DNA of 64,000 nucleotides from NCBI GenBank assembly GCA_050950825.1, contig JBMNIH010000002.1:416001-480000 (forward strand), written 5' to 3'. Position numbers and translations under genes: made by a program. This document shows, one piece after another, positions 42,816 to 52,185 of the stretch. This DNA comes from Clostridia bacterium. Its GTDB lineage: Bacteria; Bacillota; Clostridia; JAAYHZ01. Position 1 is the stretch's first letter, and each line of letters opens with the position of its first letter. The notes beneath the pieces are model-generated. The model was not told the origin of the DNA, searched no databases, and saw nothing but the letters and a program-made list of their open reading frames with translations.

Positions 42816-44462
42816 TCACTTGCAGTCCAAGCCTTCAACATCTCTGAAAAATACGAAAACATCCTTTCCGAAATTTCCGTTAATGGTGCGGGAATATACG
42901 CAGGAAACCTTTTTAAAGCCCAGACCGATATAGGGTACTTCGTTTAGTACAAAGTTCTTCACTTCTTTTAATCCTTCCACGGTTTCGGATAAATTCGATG
43001 CCTTATAGGTCTTCTCGCATATAGCCTTAAGAGGGCTGCCGGAAGGCAAGCTGCATACGTTGGACAATCGGTTCTCCTCTCCTTCCTTGTAAAGCATCCC
43101 GATGATTTCGGGATCCGGAACATAGCTTAAGTCTATGGAAGATACCAAAATGTCGTATTCTCTTCGCTTAATCAGATCTTTTACACGATCCGCCGACGGA
43201 GAATTGATCGCGGTTTGTATACCGCAAGCTTCCAACTGCTTTTTGATCTCCTCGGCCACCGCCAGCTTTTGCCTATCGTAGCCGTTAACCAATATACGTA
43301 AACGTAGCGGCGTGTAGCGATACGTGACAATGGTGTTGCCCTCCGCATCCACGGTGGTGATTTGCTGCACCCTTTGGTAGATGCCTCCGTAAAGAGGAAT
43401 ATTCTCCTGTTTCAAAAGCTCTCTTCCCGCCTCGATATCGAATTCCGTACCGTTTTTTCTCGAATCTCCGAGAAGAAAACTGTCCGGATGAATCGCATAG
43501 AAAGCTCGTACCACGTTATCTCCGTATACGCTTTCAACGATTCCGGCCGTATCCAAAAAGCAAGAAAGAGCTTTTCGGAAGTTCGTCCGATTCATATATT
43601 GGGCGCTGCAATTGAAGGATATAAAGATAAACTCGCTGCCCGTATAGGTATTGGAGAATAAATCCACTCTTTTTTCGTACAACGCTCCTTCGTCCGCCGG
43701 TACCGTGGAAATGCTGTTGTTTCCGGGCTTCAATATATTTCTTAAGTCTTTTTCCGACGTCACAAATTCCAGCTTAAAAAACAGTTTTTCTTTATCCTTC
43801 TTTTTTAACGTGATTCCGGTCTCATCCTCCGAAACAAACTCGAAGGGACCGGTACCGATCCATTTATATTTATCGTCTTCATTAGCCTTATGCGAAATCA
43901 CGGGCAGATTCATTCTCCAAGGCAAAAGGGAATCTTCCGTGTTCAATCTTATCACAAGGGTATTCCCCTCGATTTCCATGCTCTTTATGTTTCGAACGGC
44001 ACCGTAGTACGGAGAATCGGGACCGAGGCTTTTTACGGTCTCCAACGTAAAGAGGACATCGGAAGGCGTCAGCAAGGTTCCGTCATGAAAATAGATGTCT
44101 TGTGCAATGACGAATCGCCATGTCATCAAGTCTTCATCAAGATTCCATTTTAAGGCGACGGAGGGATTTACGTTTTGATTCTTGTCCGGCTCCGTAATAT
44201 TTAAAAACAACAATCGATAAAAAGCTTTTTCCGACTCCCCGGAAGGATTTAAAGGCCCGGAAGCGTCTTTTTTAAGAGCAGTCATCAAAATGACCGCCTC
44301 CTTTTCTTCCGAGGGAATTTCAACCTGCCCCGTGTAATCGGAAGTGTCCATATTATTCGTATACTCCTCGTCCGGGGGCAAGCAGCCGCTTGCCATTGCA
44401 AGCCACAAAGCAATCCCTATGCATAACAGCTTGTGTTTTAACGTCCTTCTTTTTTCTCTCAT
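42816..44462 (-). CDS. ABC transporter substrate-binding lipoprotein, family 5
   Basis: Lipobox ASGC, FHDGTLLT, GTGPF; ATGA overlap with the pgeF stop. Confidence 0.8.
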   Translation of the reverse strand: MREKRRTLKHKLLCIGIALWLAMASGCLPPDEEYTNNMDTSDYTGQVEIPSEEKEAVILMTALKKDASGPLNPSGESEKAFYRLLFLNITEPDKNQNVNPSVALKWNLDEDLMTWRFVIAQDIYFHDGTLLTPSDVLFTLETVKSLGPDSPYYGAVRNIKSMEIEGNTLVIRLNTEDSLLPWRMNLPVISHKANEDDKYKWIGTGPFEFVSEDETGITLKKKDKEKLFFKLEFVTSEKDLRNILKPGNNSISTVPADEGALYEKRVDLFSNTYTGSEFIFISFNCSAQYMNRTNFRKALSCFLDTAGIVESVYGDNVVRAFYAIHPDSFLLGDSRKNGTEFDIEAGRELLKQENIPLYGGIYQRVQQITTVDAEGNTIVTYRYTPLRLRILVNGYDRQKLAVAEEIKKQLEACGIQTAINSPSADRVKDLIKRREYDILVSSIDLSYVPDPEIIGMLYKEGEENRLSNVCSLPSGSPLKAICEKTYKASNLSETVEGLKEVKNFVLNEVPYIGLGFKKVSCVYSRTINGNFGKDVFVFFRDVEGLDCK

Positions 44463-45286
44463 GCGCGTATCCCCAATACGGCCAAGGATCGTCCGCAATT
44501 TCCGCCGCTTTTTCTGTAAGAATACATCATGGAGGAGTTGCATGCGGTACACAGATCGCAAACATCCGTATTCTTTTCCGACAACCCTTCTCGGATCAAG
44601 GTTTCCTTGATCAGGCCTTTTAAATCCAATCGGTAAGAATCCTTTTTCGGGACGATATATTTTTCGGCAAAAGAATGCTTTTCCGTAAATAAATCGTATA
44701 CATCCTTTCGGATTTCATAACAGCCGGCGCATATGGAGGGTCCGATCACGCAAGAAAGCTTCGATAAATCGGTACCGTAAGCCTCCTTCATAGCCCGGGC
44801 CGTTTTCGGCGCAATGAGGTTCAATGTGCCTTTCCATCCGGAATGAGCCAACCCGACCGCCTTATTTTCGGAATCGATAAAATACACCGGTACGCAATCG
44901 GCATGCTTTGTCGCCAAAACGATTCCTTTGCAGTCGGAGATCATGGCATCGTATACGGGTAATCGATCGTAAGGGATGTTCTGAAGAGAATCCTTGAATG
45001 TCACTTTCTTGATTTTGTCGGTATGCATTTGCATTACCATGGTCATACCCGAAGGATTAAAACCTAATTGCTCCCCCAGTATCTTTATATTCTCAAAAAG
45101 ACGAGGATCGTCTTTTTCGGTTCTTCTTGTAAAATCAAATTCCCTTCCCAAATCGTCGTATCCTCTTGTGTAACAGTGGATGAACTCATCGGAAAATTTT
45201 TCGAATGTATTAAAGAGGATATATCGATTCTTTATTACATAATTCATGAGAAACCTCTTTTCCATATTACAAAAAGATTCAATCAT
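44459..45286 (-). CDS. pgeF: PgeF/YfiH purine nucleoside phosphorylase-like protein
   Basis: QMH, ADCVPV, AHSGWKG, IGPSICAGCYE, CTAC, SYR. Confidence 0.88.
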   Translation of the reverse strand: MIESFCNMEKRFLMNYVIKNRYILFNTFEKFSDEFIHCYTRGYDDLGREFDFTRRTEKDDPRLFENIKILGEQLGFNPSGMTMVMQMHTDKIKKVTFKDSLQNIPYDRLPVYDAMISDCKGIVLATKHADCVPVYFIDSENKAVGLAHSGWKGTLNLIAPKTARAMKEAYGTDLSKLSCVIGPSICAGCYEIRKDVYDLFTEKHSFAEKYIVPKKDSYRLDLKGLIKETLIREGLSEKNTDVCDLCTACNSSMMYSYRKSGGNCGRSLAVLGIRA

Positions 45287-46067
45287 CCAACCGAAGGGTA
45301 AAGTTCAATCGGTTGATACGGAGGGCTTTTCCGGTTTTATCGTCGATTTCAATATGAGCCCCGTTGAAGATCATTTCTCCTTTTTGGGGAGAAAACTTCA
45401 CGGGCATGCCGGTAACGAACCGGCTGATGGAAGAATCTCGGTCCGTTCCTAATATGCCCTCTCCGGGACCGGTCATACCCACATCGGTAATAAAGGCGGT
45501 ACCGAAAGGAAGAATTCTCTCATCGGCGGTTTGCACATGGGTGTGGGTTCCCACCACCGCGCTGACTCTGCCGTCAAAATGCCATGCAAATGCACACTTT
45601 TCGGAAGTGGCTTCTCCGTGAAAATCCACAAGAACCGACTTTGTAATTTCCTTGATCTTCGGCAGCTCTTCTTCGCATGTTTCGAAGGGACAGTTGCAGG
45701 GCTGCATATATACGCGTCCGGAAAGATTGATAACCGCTAAGGGGCCCGCTTTACCGTCTAGAATAAACCGACCTCTTCCGGGACTTTGCTTGCTGTAGTT
45801 AGCGGGACGTGCCATGTAAGGATCGGAATCTATGGAATACAGGATTTCATCTCTTGCCCATACATGATTGCCCAAAGTAATCCCGTCTACGCCCATATCG
45901 TACAGCTCGGATGCAATTCTTCCGTTGATCCCCTTCCCCGCCGCCGCGTTTTCGCCGTTTGCAATACAATAATCCCACCGGATCTCGTTTTTTAATTTGG
46001 ATAAGCCTTTTTGAACCGTTAATACCCCTTGCTTTGCAAATATATCTCCGATAAATAATATTTTCAT
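45279..46067 (-). CDS. ymdB: TIGR00282/YmdB metallophosphoesterase
   Basis: GDI, NGENAAAG, TLGNH, DFHGEATSEK, GTHTHVQTAD. Confidence 0.92.
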   Translation of the reverse strand: MKILFIGDIFAKQGVLTVQKGLSKLKNEIRWDYCIANGENAAAGKGINGRIASELYDMGVDGITLGNHVWARDEILYSIDSDPYMARPANYSKQSPGRGRFILDGKAGPLAVINLSGRVYMQPCNCPFETCEEELPKIKEITKSVLVDFHGEATSEKCAFAWHFDGRVSAVVGTHTHVQTADERILPFGTAFITDVGMTGPGEGILGTDRDSSISRFVTGMPVKFSPQKGEMIFNGAHIEIDDKTGKALRINRLNFTLRLDD

Positions 46068-46930
46068 TATTCAATTCCTTTCTAACTTACGCTTATTATA
46101 ACACAGGGTGCCGGGAATGAAAACGACCACAATCGTCACATATATAGAAGATAATGTTTGTTTTTATAAAAATTCTTCACCCCGCATCATATAAACGTTC
46201 TTCAACCTTGATTGAAAAAGTAAAGTCCACTTTGCAAGGTTAAATTCCATCCATCCTAAAAAATTATTGCATAAGGTGGGATAAAATTATTCTAACAAGG
46301 AAGAATTGTTACTATGGAAGGATTTTTTCTGCAAAAAGCAAGTGAATGCTTCATTTATTACCTGTTTTTTTGCATAGCAAACAAACCGTGTTGATTTCTT
46401 CACTTTTTTGCAAAGGTAAAATCCACTACGGTTAAAAGGTAATAATTGGCAGAACGATGCCTTTCGGATAATTATTAATACTTTAATAAATCGGGATTCA
46501 AACAAATATTATTCGGTTCAATGAGTTTGGATCCCAATTTTTTTATTACTTCTTCACCAAACATAAATTTAAACACTTCATGAGGAGTTCTATCATTTAA
46601 AGATAATCCGGAGTAAGAATTTATGTGGTTCATTACAAGATTAATATCTTCCTGCACGAGATTATCGAAGCTTGTTCCTTTCGGTAAGATCTTCCTCAGT
46701 TCCCCGTGATTTTTTTCTTGTGATGCCCTTTGATAAGCTGAATACGAATCGCAATAAAAGACCTTAGTTCTAACTTCTCCGGTTACTCGGTAGTATTCAA
46801 TCGCTTTCGGGTTCGTAAATTCACTGCCCTTGTCAGCCAAAAGTATGGGAAACAGTTTTCTATTTAGCCCCCTAATATAATTGGAGAAACCATACGAATT
46901 TAGTAAAATGAATATAGGGGGTTAATCCAA

Positions 46931-47236
46931 ATGAAACACTATGATGATAAGTTCAAGGAACAAGTAATAAAAGAATGTCAAGAAGTGGGTAATATTTCCC
47001 TTGTTGCTAGACGCCATGATATATCCAAAACTACTATATATGGTTGGATAAAAGCTTATAAGAAGAGAGGTTCAGTCACTCCACTTCCTAAAAATAAAGA
47101 CAATAGAGTAAAAGAATTAGAACATAGGCTTAATGTTGTAAGCACAGAAAATGATAGATTAAAAAAGCTTGTTGCAGAAAAAGAGTTAGAGCTGCTAATA
47201 CTTAGAGAATTAAGGGATAGAGTAAACCCCAAGTAG
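46931..47236 (+). CDS. IS3 OrfA (HTH plus leucine zipper)
   Basis: YDDKFKEQVIKE...VARRHDISKTTIYGW...ENDRLKKLVAEKEL. Confidence 0.88.
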   Translation: MKHYDDKFKEQVIKECQEVGNISLVARRHDISKTTIYGWIKAYKKRGSVTPLPKNKDNRVKELEHRLNVVSTENDRLKKLVAEKELELLILRELRDRVNPK

Positions 47237-48195
47237 CCGACAAGGTTGCAATTGCATTAAGGTGGATAAATAAAGGTTATGATATATCTTTAGTACTTGG
47301 CTTTGTCGGCATTGCTGCATCCACCTATTATGAATACATAAAAAGGCAATCAAAATCTAATAGAAATCATAATATTGCAGCATCTAATAAAGATAATGGA
47401 AGGCCTAGACCTGGTTATTCATATACAAAGACCGGTAGAAAAGTATCTGATGAACAAATAAAGGAGTGGTTATGCAATTTAATATCAGGAGATGGTTTTC
47501 CCTATGGTTACCGTAAACTAACAATATGTCTTAGAGAAGATTATGATCTAATTATCAATCATAAAAAAGTATATAGGCTGTGTAAAGAATTAGATATACT
47601 AAGACCTCAAAGAAAAATAAAGGAAAAGAGTTCTAAGCATTTAGCTAAGAAAGAAACAATATCAGCTCCCAATGAGCTTTGGGAAATGGATGTAAAATAC
47701 GGATATATAAGCGGAGAAGATAAATTCTTCTTTCAACTATCTCTAATAGATGTATTTGACAGAAGCATTATAGATTATCATATAGGCTTATCCTGTAAAG
47801 CTTCTGATGCTTGCAATGTATTGAGAAATAGTATAAGAAAGCGCAATATATATGGTGGTTTAAGGACACCTAAGATAAGGACAGACAATGGCCCTCAATT
47901 TGTATCTAAAGAATTTGAAGAATTCTGCAACAGCAATAATATAGTTCATCAAAGGATACCAGTAAAAACTCCTAATATGAATGCACACATAGAATCATTC
48001 CATTCAATATTGGAAGATGAATGTTACAGTCGCAATGAATGGAACAATTTTAAGGAGGCATACGAAACAATAACTGAATATATGAATTATTATAATAATC
48101 GCAGAAGGCATGGAAGCATAAAATATATGGCTCCAAATAAATTCTATGAAGCAATTATGAGAAAGAATGTAAAAGCTAAAGCATTTGCTGCATAA
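47221..48195 (+). CDS. IS3 OrfB (DDE integrase), -1 frame relative to OrfA
   Basis: Frame open from 47221; YGYRKL, WEMDVKY, RTDNGPQF, NAHIESFH. Confidence 0.85.
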   Translation, partial: SKPQVADKVAIALRWINKGYDISLVLGFVGIAASTYYEYIKRQSKSNRNHNIAASNKDNGRPRPGYSYTKTGRKVSDEQIKEWLCNLISGDGFPYGYRKLTICLREDYDLIINHKKVYRLCKELDILRPQRKIKEKSSKHLAKKETISAPNELWEMDVKYGYISGEDKFFFQLSLIDVFDRSIIDYHIGLSCKASDACNVLRNSIRKRNIYGGLRTPKIRTDNGPQFVSKEFEEFCNSNNIVHQRIPVKTPNMNAHIESFHSILEDECYSRNEWNNFKEAYETITEYMNYYNNRRRHGSIKYMAPNKFYEAIMRKNVKAKAFAA

Positions 48196-49747
48196 TCTCC
48201 ATAATTAGGGGGTCAAACCGTTTTCGAAACGTGTCAAGACCCAAAAGCTCTGTCAGTTTGTCGAAAACATCGATTACCGATTGCGAATCGTTCGAGTCTC
48301 GTAAAAATGCAAGCATAAATTCGGTTTTAACAAAATGCAACGTCATCAGCACTTTACCGCCTTTTGTACCAAGCACCGAATCCATTTCCACGACGAAAGG
48401 AGCATTAACATCTGCCATCACTTTTTTTGTAATCATCATACGTGCGTCCTATTCGGCATTCGCGATCCACTTTATGAGTTACGCCCGGTTTTTTGCGAGA
48501 TCGATATCTTACTTTTCTGGGCATATCAATATTACGAGCCGTGAAGAGGCCGTAGTCAACGTAATTGTATAACGTCCTTTCGCTGTACATAATTTTATCG
48601 GCATTGTTTACGCAAATATGATGAATGGACTGGCCTTTTTTCAGAAGAGGTGATATCACGGTATCCAATTGTTGCAACGATTTTTCATCGATTGCCACAC
48701 CGGAACGTGATTCCGAACGTGTATATTCATATTCTTTGTCTGCAACTTTAGCGTCGTATATCATTTTTTGCAATGAGCACTTGCGTTTTGTCGAGCATCC
48801 GTTACATACGTAAGGCGGTTTTTCGAGAGCATCACACTTCTGTTCTACGAAAGCATCACAGAAGTCATTGCACAGTCTGCATATGCTACAGATCCCTTTT
48901 TCGCAAACTCCGCTTTTTTTACATAGCGAACGTTTATGACAACCGATCCTGTACTTACATGCATTGTACGATTGGCCGAAAGCACCTGTCTTTCGTTCTA
49001 CCCGATGTCGACGAACTTCTTTGGATATTGTCGTGCAATCTTTACCGAGTATTTTACCGATTTCCTTAAAAGATTTTCCCTCCTTCAATAAGTTTTCGAT
49101 ATCTTTCCTGTCTGATAACGTCAAATGAGTTGACATCATTATGGTTCTCCTTTCAAAATCATTTTGAAAGACATCGTTCTTTTTTAATGATTGCACTGAT
49201 ATCGGTAAGTAATACATGTCTTGTTAGTTTTTAGTTTTAGATCATGACAAAAGTCCATCCGGTTAAAAAGACAAGCAATGGCCTTTTGCGGCATAAACGG
49301 CCTCCTTCCCGGCAAAGCCGGGTCCCTTCCATTTATTCCACAGTGCCATGCTTTTCTTTTTTCGCCATGCTTTTGAACATATACCGAGGGATGAAGGGGA
49401 GATGCAAGCGACCAATTTCTCAACATCCCTCGTCTTTTATATCGTAGCATGGCGAACACCGTATTACTTTTATATTTGTTTAGGTAATGATAGTCTCAGG
49501 AATCAGCTAAAAATGCATGCTTTCTTTACTAGTAATTTTTTGTATTTGCGTTTGCATTAGTAAAGTCCACAATATTTTTATTAATATTTTTGCAAAAGTA
49601 AAATCAACTGCAGCTTTCGAAGGGTGGACTTTACTTTTTCAAATGAGCAGAACGTTCTTCAACGACGAATTTGTAAAGGAAAACCTTCAGTATTTTTCGA
49701 TATATGGTATATTAATATGTAAAAAACCGTTTGCTTGGAGGGGAATG

Positions 49748-50803
49748 ATGAAAAGCATGATGACGTCAAGAGAAAGAGTGTTATCGGTTTTTAAAGGAAA
49801 GCTTCCGGACCGAGTTCCGTGGATGGAAGGAATTACGGAGAATAAAATCGCAACCGCCGTTTGCGGAGAACCGATTAATGTTAAATGGGAGGTAAGTCCG
49901 GCAGGGTTTCCCGTTCAATCCGGAAGAGAGCTTGCACAAGAACAGATCAAAGTCAATAAGGTGTTCGGCAAGGACAATATTCAGTTTTCAGCCTTTGCCC
50001 CCATATTTGCTCGAAGAATGACAAAAACCGATGACGGAAGCAATGTTTTGATAGGCGACGGCATGATTCGTACTTTTGAAGACTTTGAGAAAATATTCCG
50101 GCTTCCCTCACCGAAGGACCAAGAATTCGTCGAAAAAGCTCGAGAATTCATCAAGTACAGCGAAAATTATTGTACCGTAGCGTGTATCCGATTAGGTATC
50201 GGAGCGACCCTTTTGTCCATGGGCATCGAAGGGTTTTCTTATGCCATGGCGGACGACCCGGACTTAATCCGTGCCGTCCACGACGCTTACGCTTCATGGA
50301 CGGAAGAAGTCTTAGACGTTATCCATGATTGCGGTTTTGACATTGTATGGGCTTTTGACGACATCGCGTTTAATAACGGTCCGATTTTTTCACCCGCTTT
50401 CTACGAAGAAGAAATTCTCCCCCGAGAAAAAAGAATTATCGATAAAATCAACGTTCCGGTCATTACCCACAGCGACGGCAATATGACGCCGTTATTGGAT
50501 ATATGGTTGAAGCTAGGTCAAGACGGAATTCATCCTATTCAACCGGATGTGATGGACATTGAATACGTGAAAGAAAAATACGGCCGGCAGGTGGTTTTGG
50601 TAGGCAATATATTCATGGATGATTTGGTTCACAAAAATCCCGAGGATATTAAAACACAAGTAAAAGACAGAATCGAACGAATCGGAAAAGACGGCCGCTA
50701 TATCATATCCTCAAGCAACAGCCTAACGGATAACATGAAACCCGAAAACGTAAAAGCAATGATCGAGGCCATCGAAGAATACGGATATTACGAAACGAAA
50801 TAA
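49748..50803 (+). CDS. Uroporphyrinogen decarboxylase/methyltransferase-family protein
   Basis: MTSRERVL...PDRVP, FDDIAF, HSDGN, IHPIQP, GNI, YIISSSNS; start after GGAGGG. Confidence 0.85.
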   Translation: MKSMMTSRERVLSVFKGKLPDRVPWMEGITENKIATAVCGEPINVKWEVSPAGFPVQSGRELAQEQIKVNKVFGKDNIQFSAFAPIFARRMTKTDDGSNVLIGDGMIRTFEDFEKIFRLPSPKDQEFVEKAREFIKYSENYCTVACIRLGIGATLLSMGIEGFSYAMADDPDLIRAVHDAYASWTEEVLDVIHDCGFDIVWAFDDIAFNNGPIFSPAFYEEEILPREKRIIDKINVPVITHSDGNMTPLLDIWLKLGQDGIHPIQPDVMDIEYVKEKYGRQVVLVGNIFMDDLVHKNPEDIKTQVKDRIERIGKDGRYIISSSNSLTDNMKPENVKAMIEAIEEYGYYETK

Positions 50804-52185
50804 GAAGGGGGCTGTTGCACTAAAAAGAAATAGTGCACAGCCTCTTTTTATTTAATTGATAAAAAATAAATCCCGATGCCCAAGAAGCAAGGGATTTATA
50901 GTAAAATAACAATATGAAAACCTTAAAACTTAATAAGAAGTATACATTTAAACGAAGAAATTATCAACTAAAACTTCCAATAGAATTGGAATATAAAATT
51001 CCTGACGATGATCCGGTTCGCTTGTTGAGTCATTTTGTGGAGGAGATGGATTTAGAAGATTTGTATTCGACTTATTCTCGTATAAAGAGAAACCAAGCAA
51101 GCCCGCGTCAGATGCTTAAAATCTTAATTTACGCATACATGAATCATATTTATTCATCAAGAGACATAGAAAAAGCATGTCGTCGCGATGTAAATTTTAT
51201 GTACCTTTTAGAGGGTATGCCGGTACCTGATCATGCAACGTTTTCCAGGTTTCGAAGCTTGCATTTCACACCTTGTGCCAAAAGAATTTTGAGTGAAATG
51301 TCCGAATTTCTCTATGATATCGGAGAATTATCCGGCGACGCCATATTTATTGACGGCACGAAAATAGAGGCGTGTGCAAACAAATACACTTTTGTCTGGA
51401 AAAGAGCGGTCACAAAAAATCAAGAGAAGTTGCTTGCAAAATTGGCGGATTTCTTCGCGGAATGCGAGGAAAAGTACGGAATCAAAATAGTATACAATAA
51501 TCAAGTCGAAATGAAACACGTTAAAAAGTTACGCAAGAGACTGTATGCCATAAAGAAGGAAGAAAACATCGAGTTCGTACATGGAAAAGGGAAGAGAAAA
51601 ACACCTTTCCAACGATCCATTGAGACTTTGGAGAATTATTTGGATAAGCTGAAGGAATATACGAAAAACATACATGTATGCGGAGACCGCAACAGTTTTT
51701 CAAAAACGGATCACGATGCGACGTTTATGAGAATGAAAGAGGACGCCATGGGCAACGGTCAGCTGAAAGCGGCATATAACATTCAACATGGCGTTGACTC
51801 CGAGTACATAACATGGGTAACGGTGAATCAATGCACAACGGATGCACCGACTCTAATACCTTTCTTGAATGAAATGAGATCCCATTTAAAATTCAAATAC
51901 AAAAAAGTTGTCGCGGACGCAGGATACGAAAGCGAAGAAAACTATATTTACTTGGATAAAAACGGCCAATCGGCGTATATTAAACCGTTAAATTACGAAC
52001 AATCCAAAACCAAGAAATATAAAAATGACATTGGTCTTATGGAAAATATGGAATACCATGCAGAAGGAGATTATTACGTCTGTCATAACAAGAGAAAACT
52101 TGTCGTTAGCGATATAATAAAGAAAAGAAGCAAAAACGGATTTTTGAGCGAGAAAACGGTTTATACATGCGAAGATTGCAGTGAT

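Larger units (their letters stand above)
46860..48220 (+). mobile_element. IS3-family element, visibly AT-rich
   Basis: IRs CTATTTAGCCCCCTAA / (rc) CGGTTTGACCCCCTAA; TTTT direct repeat (or GTTTTC if the ends are 1 nt shorter); orfA/orfB organisation. Confidence 0.9.
46475..49139 (-). pseudogene. IS30-family Cys-rich transposase, split by IS3 and frameshifted at an A7 run (48422-48428)
   Basis: Pieces HLTLSDRKDIE...VVEMDSVLG...ADKGSEF...QEKNH rejoin to 432 aa after removing the IS3 and one A. Confidence 0.85.
46207..49650 (-). mobile_element. IS30-like element A (disrupted by an IS3 insertion)
   Basis: Terminal IRs sharing TTGAAAAAGTAAAGTCCAC. 13-bp direct repeat AACGTTCTTCAAC at 46194-46206 and 49651-49663. 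Ends uncertain by 1-2 nt. Confidence 0.85.

Noticed and set aside
48422-48428. A7 run frameshifting IS30-A as a programmed frameshift
   Set aside because: It needs a +1 shift (AAA-AAA-AGT), element B is continuous here, and A is already inactivated. A homopolymer indel or sequencing error is simpler.
49189-49200. GATTGCACTGAT in the element A leader matches 11/12 of element B's target, hinting at RNA-guided targeting
   Set aside because: It is in the wrong element, neither element clearly matches its own target, and the match was found post hoc.
49517-49747. N-terminal extension of the UroD-like ORF (also 52226-52315 for transposase B)
   Set aside because: It reads through IS end sequence; good RBS-ATG pairs lie downstream.
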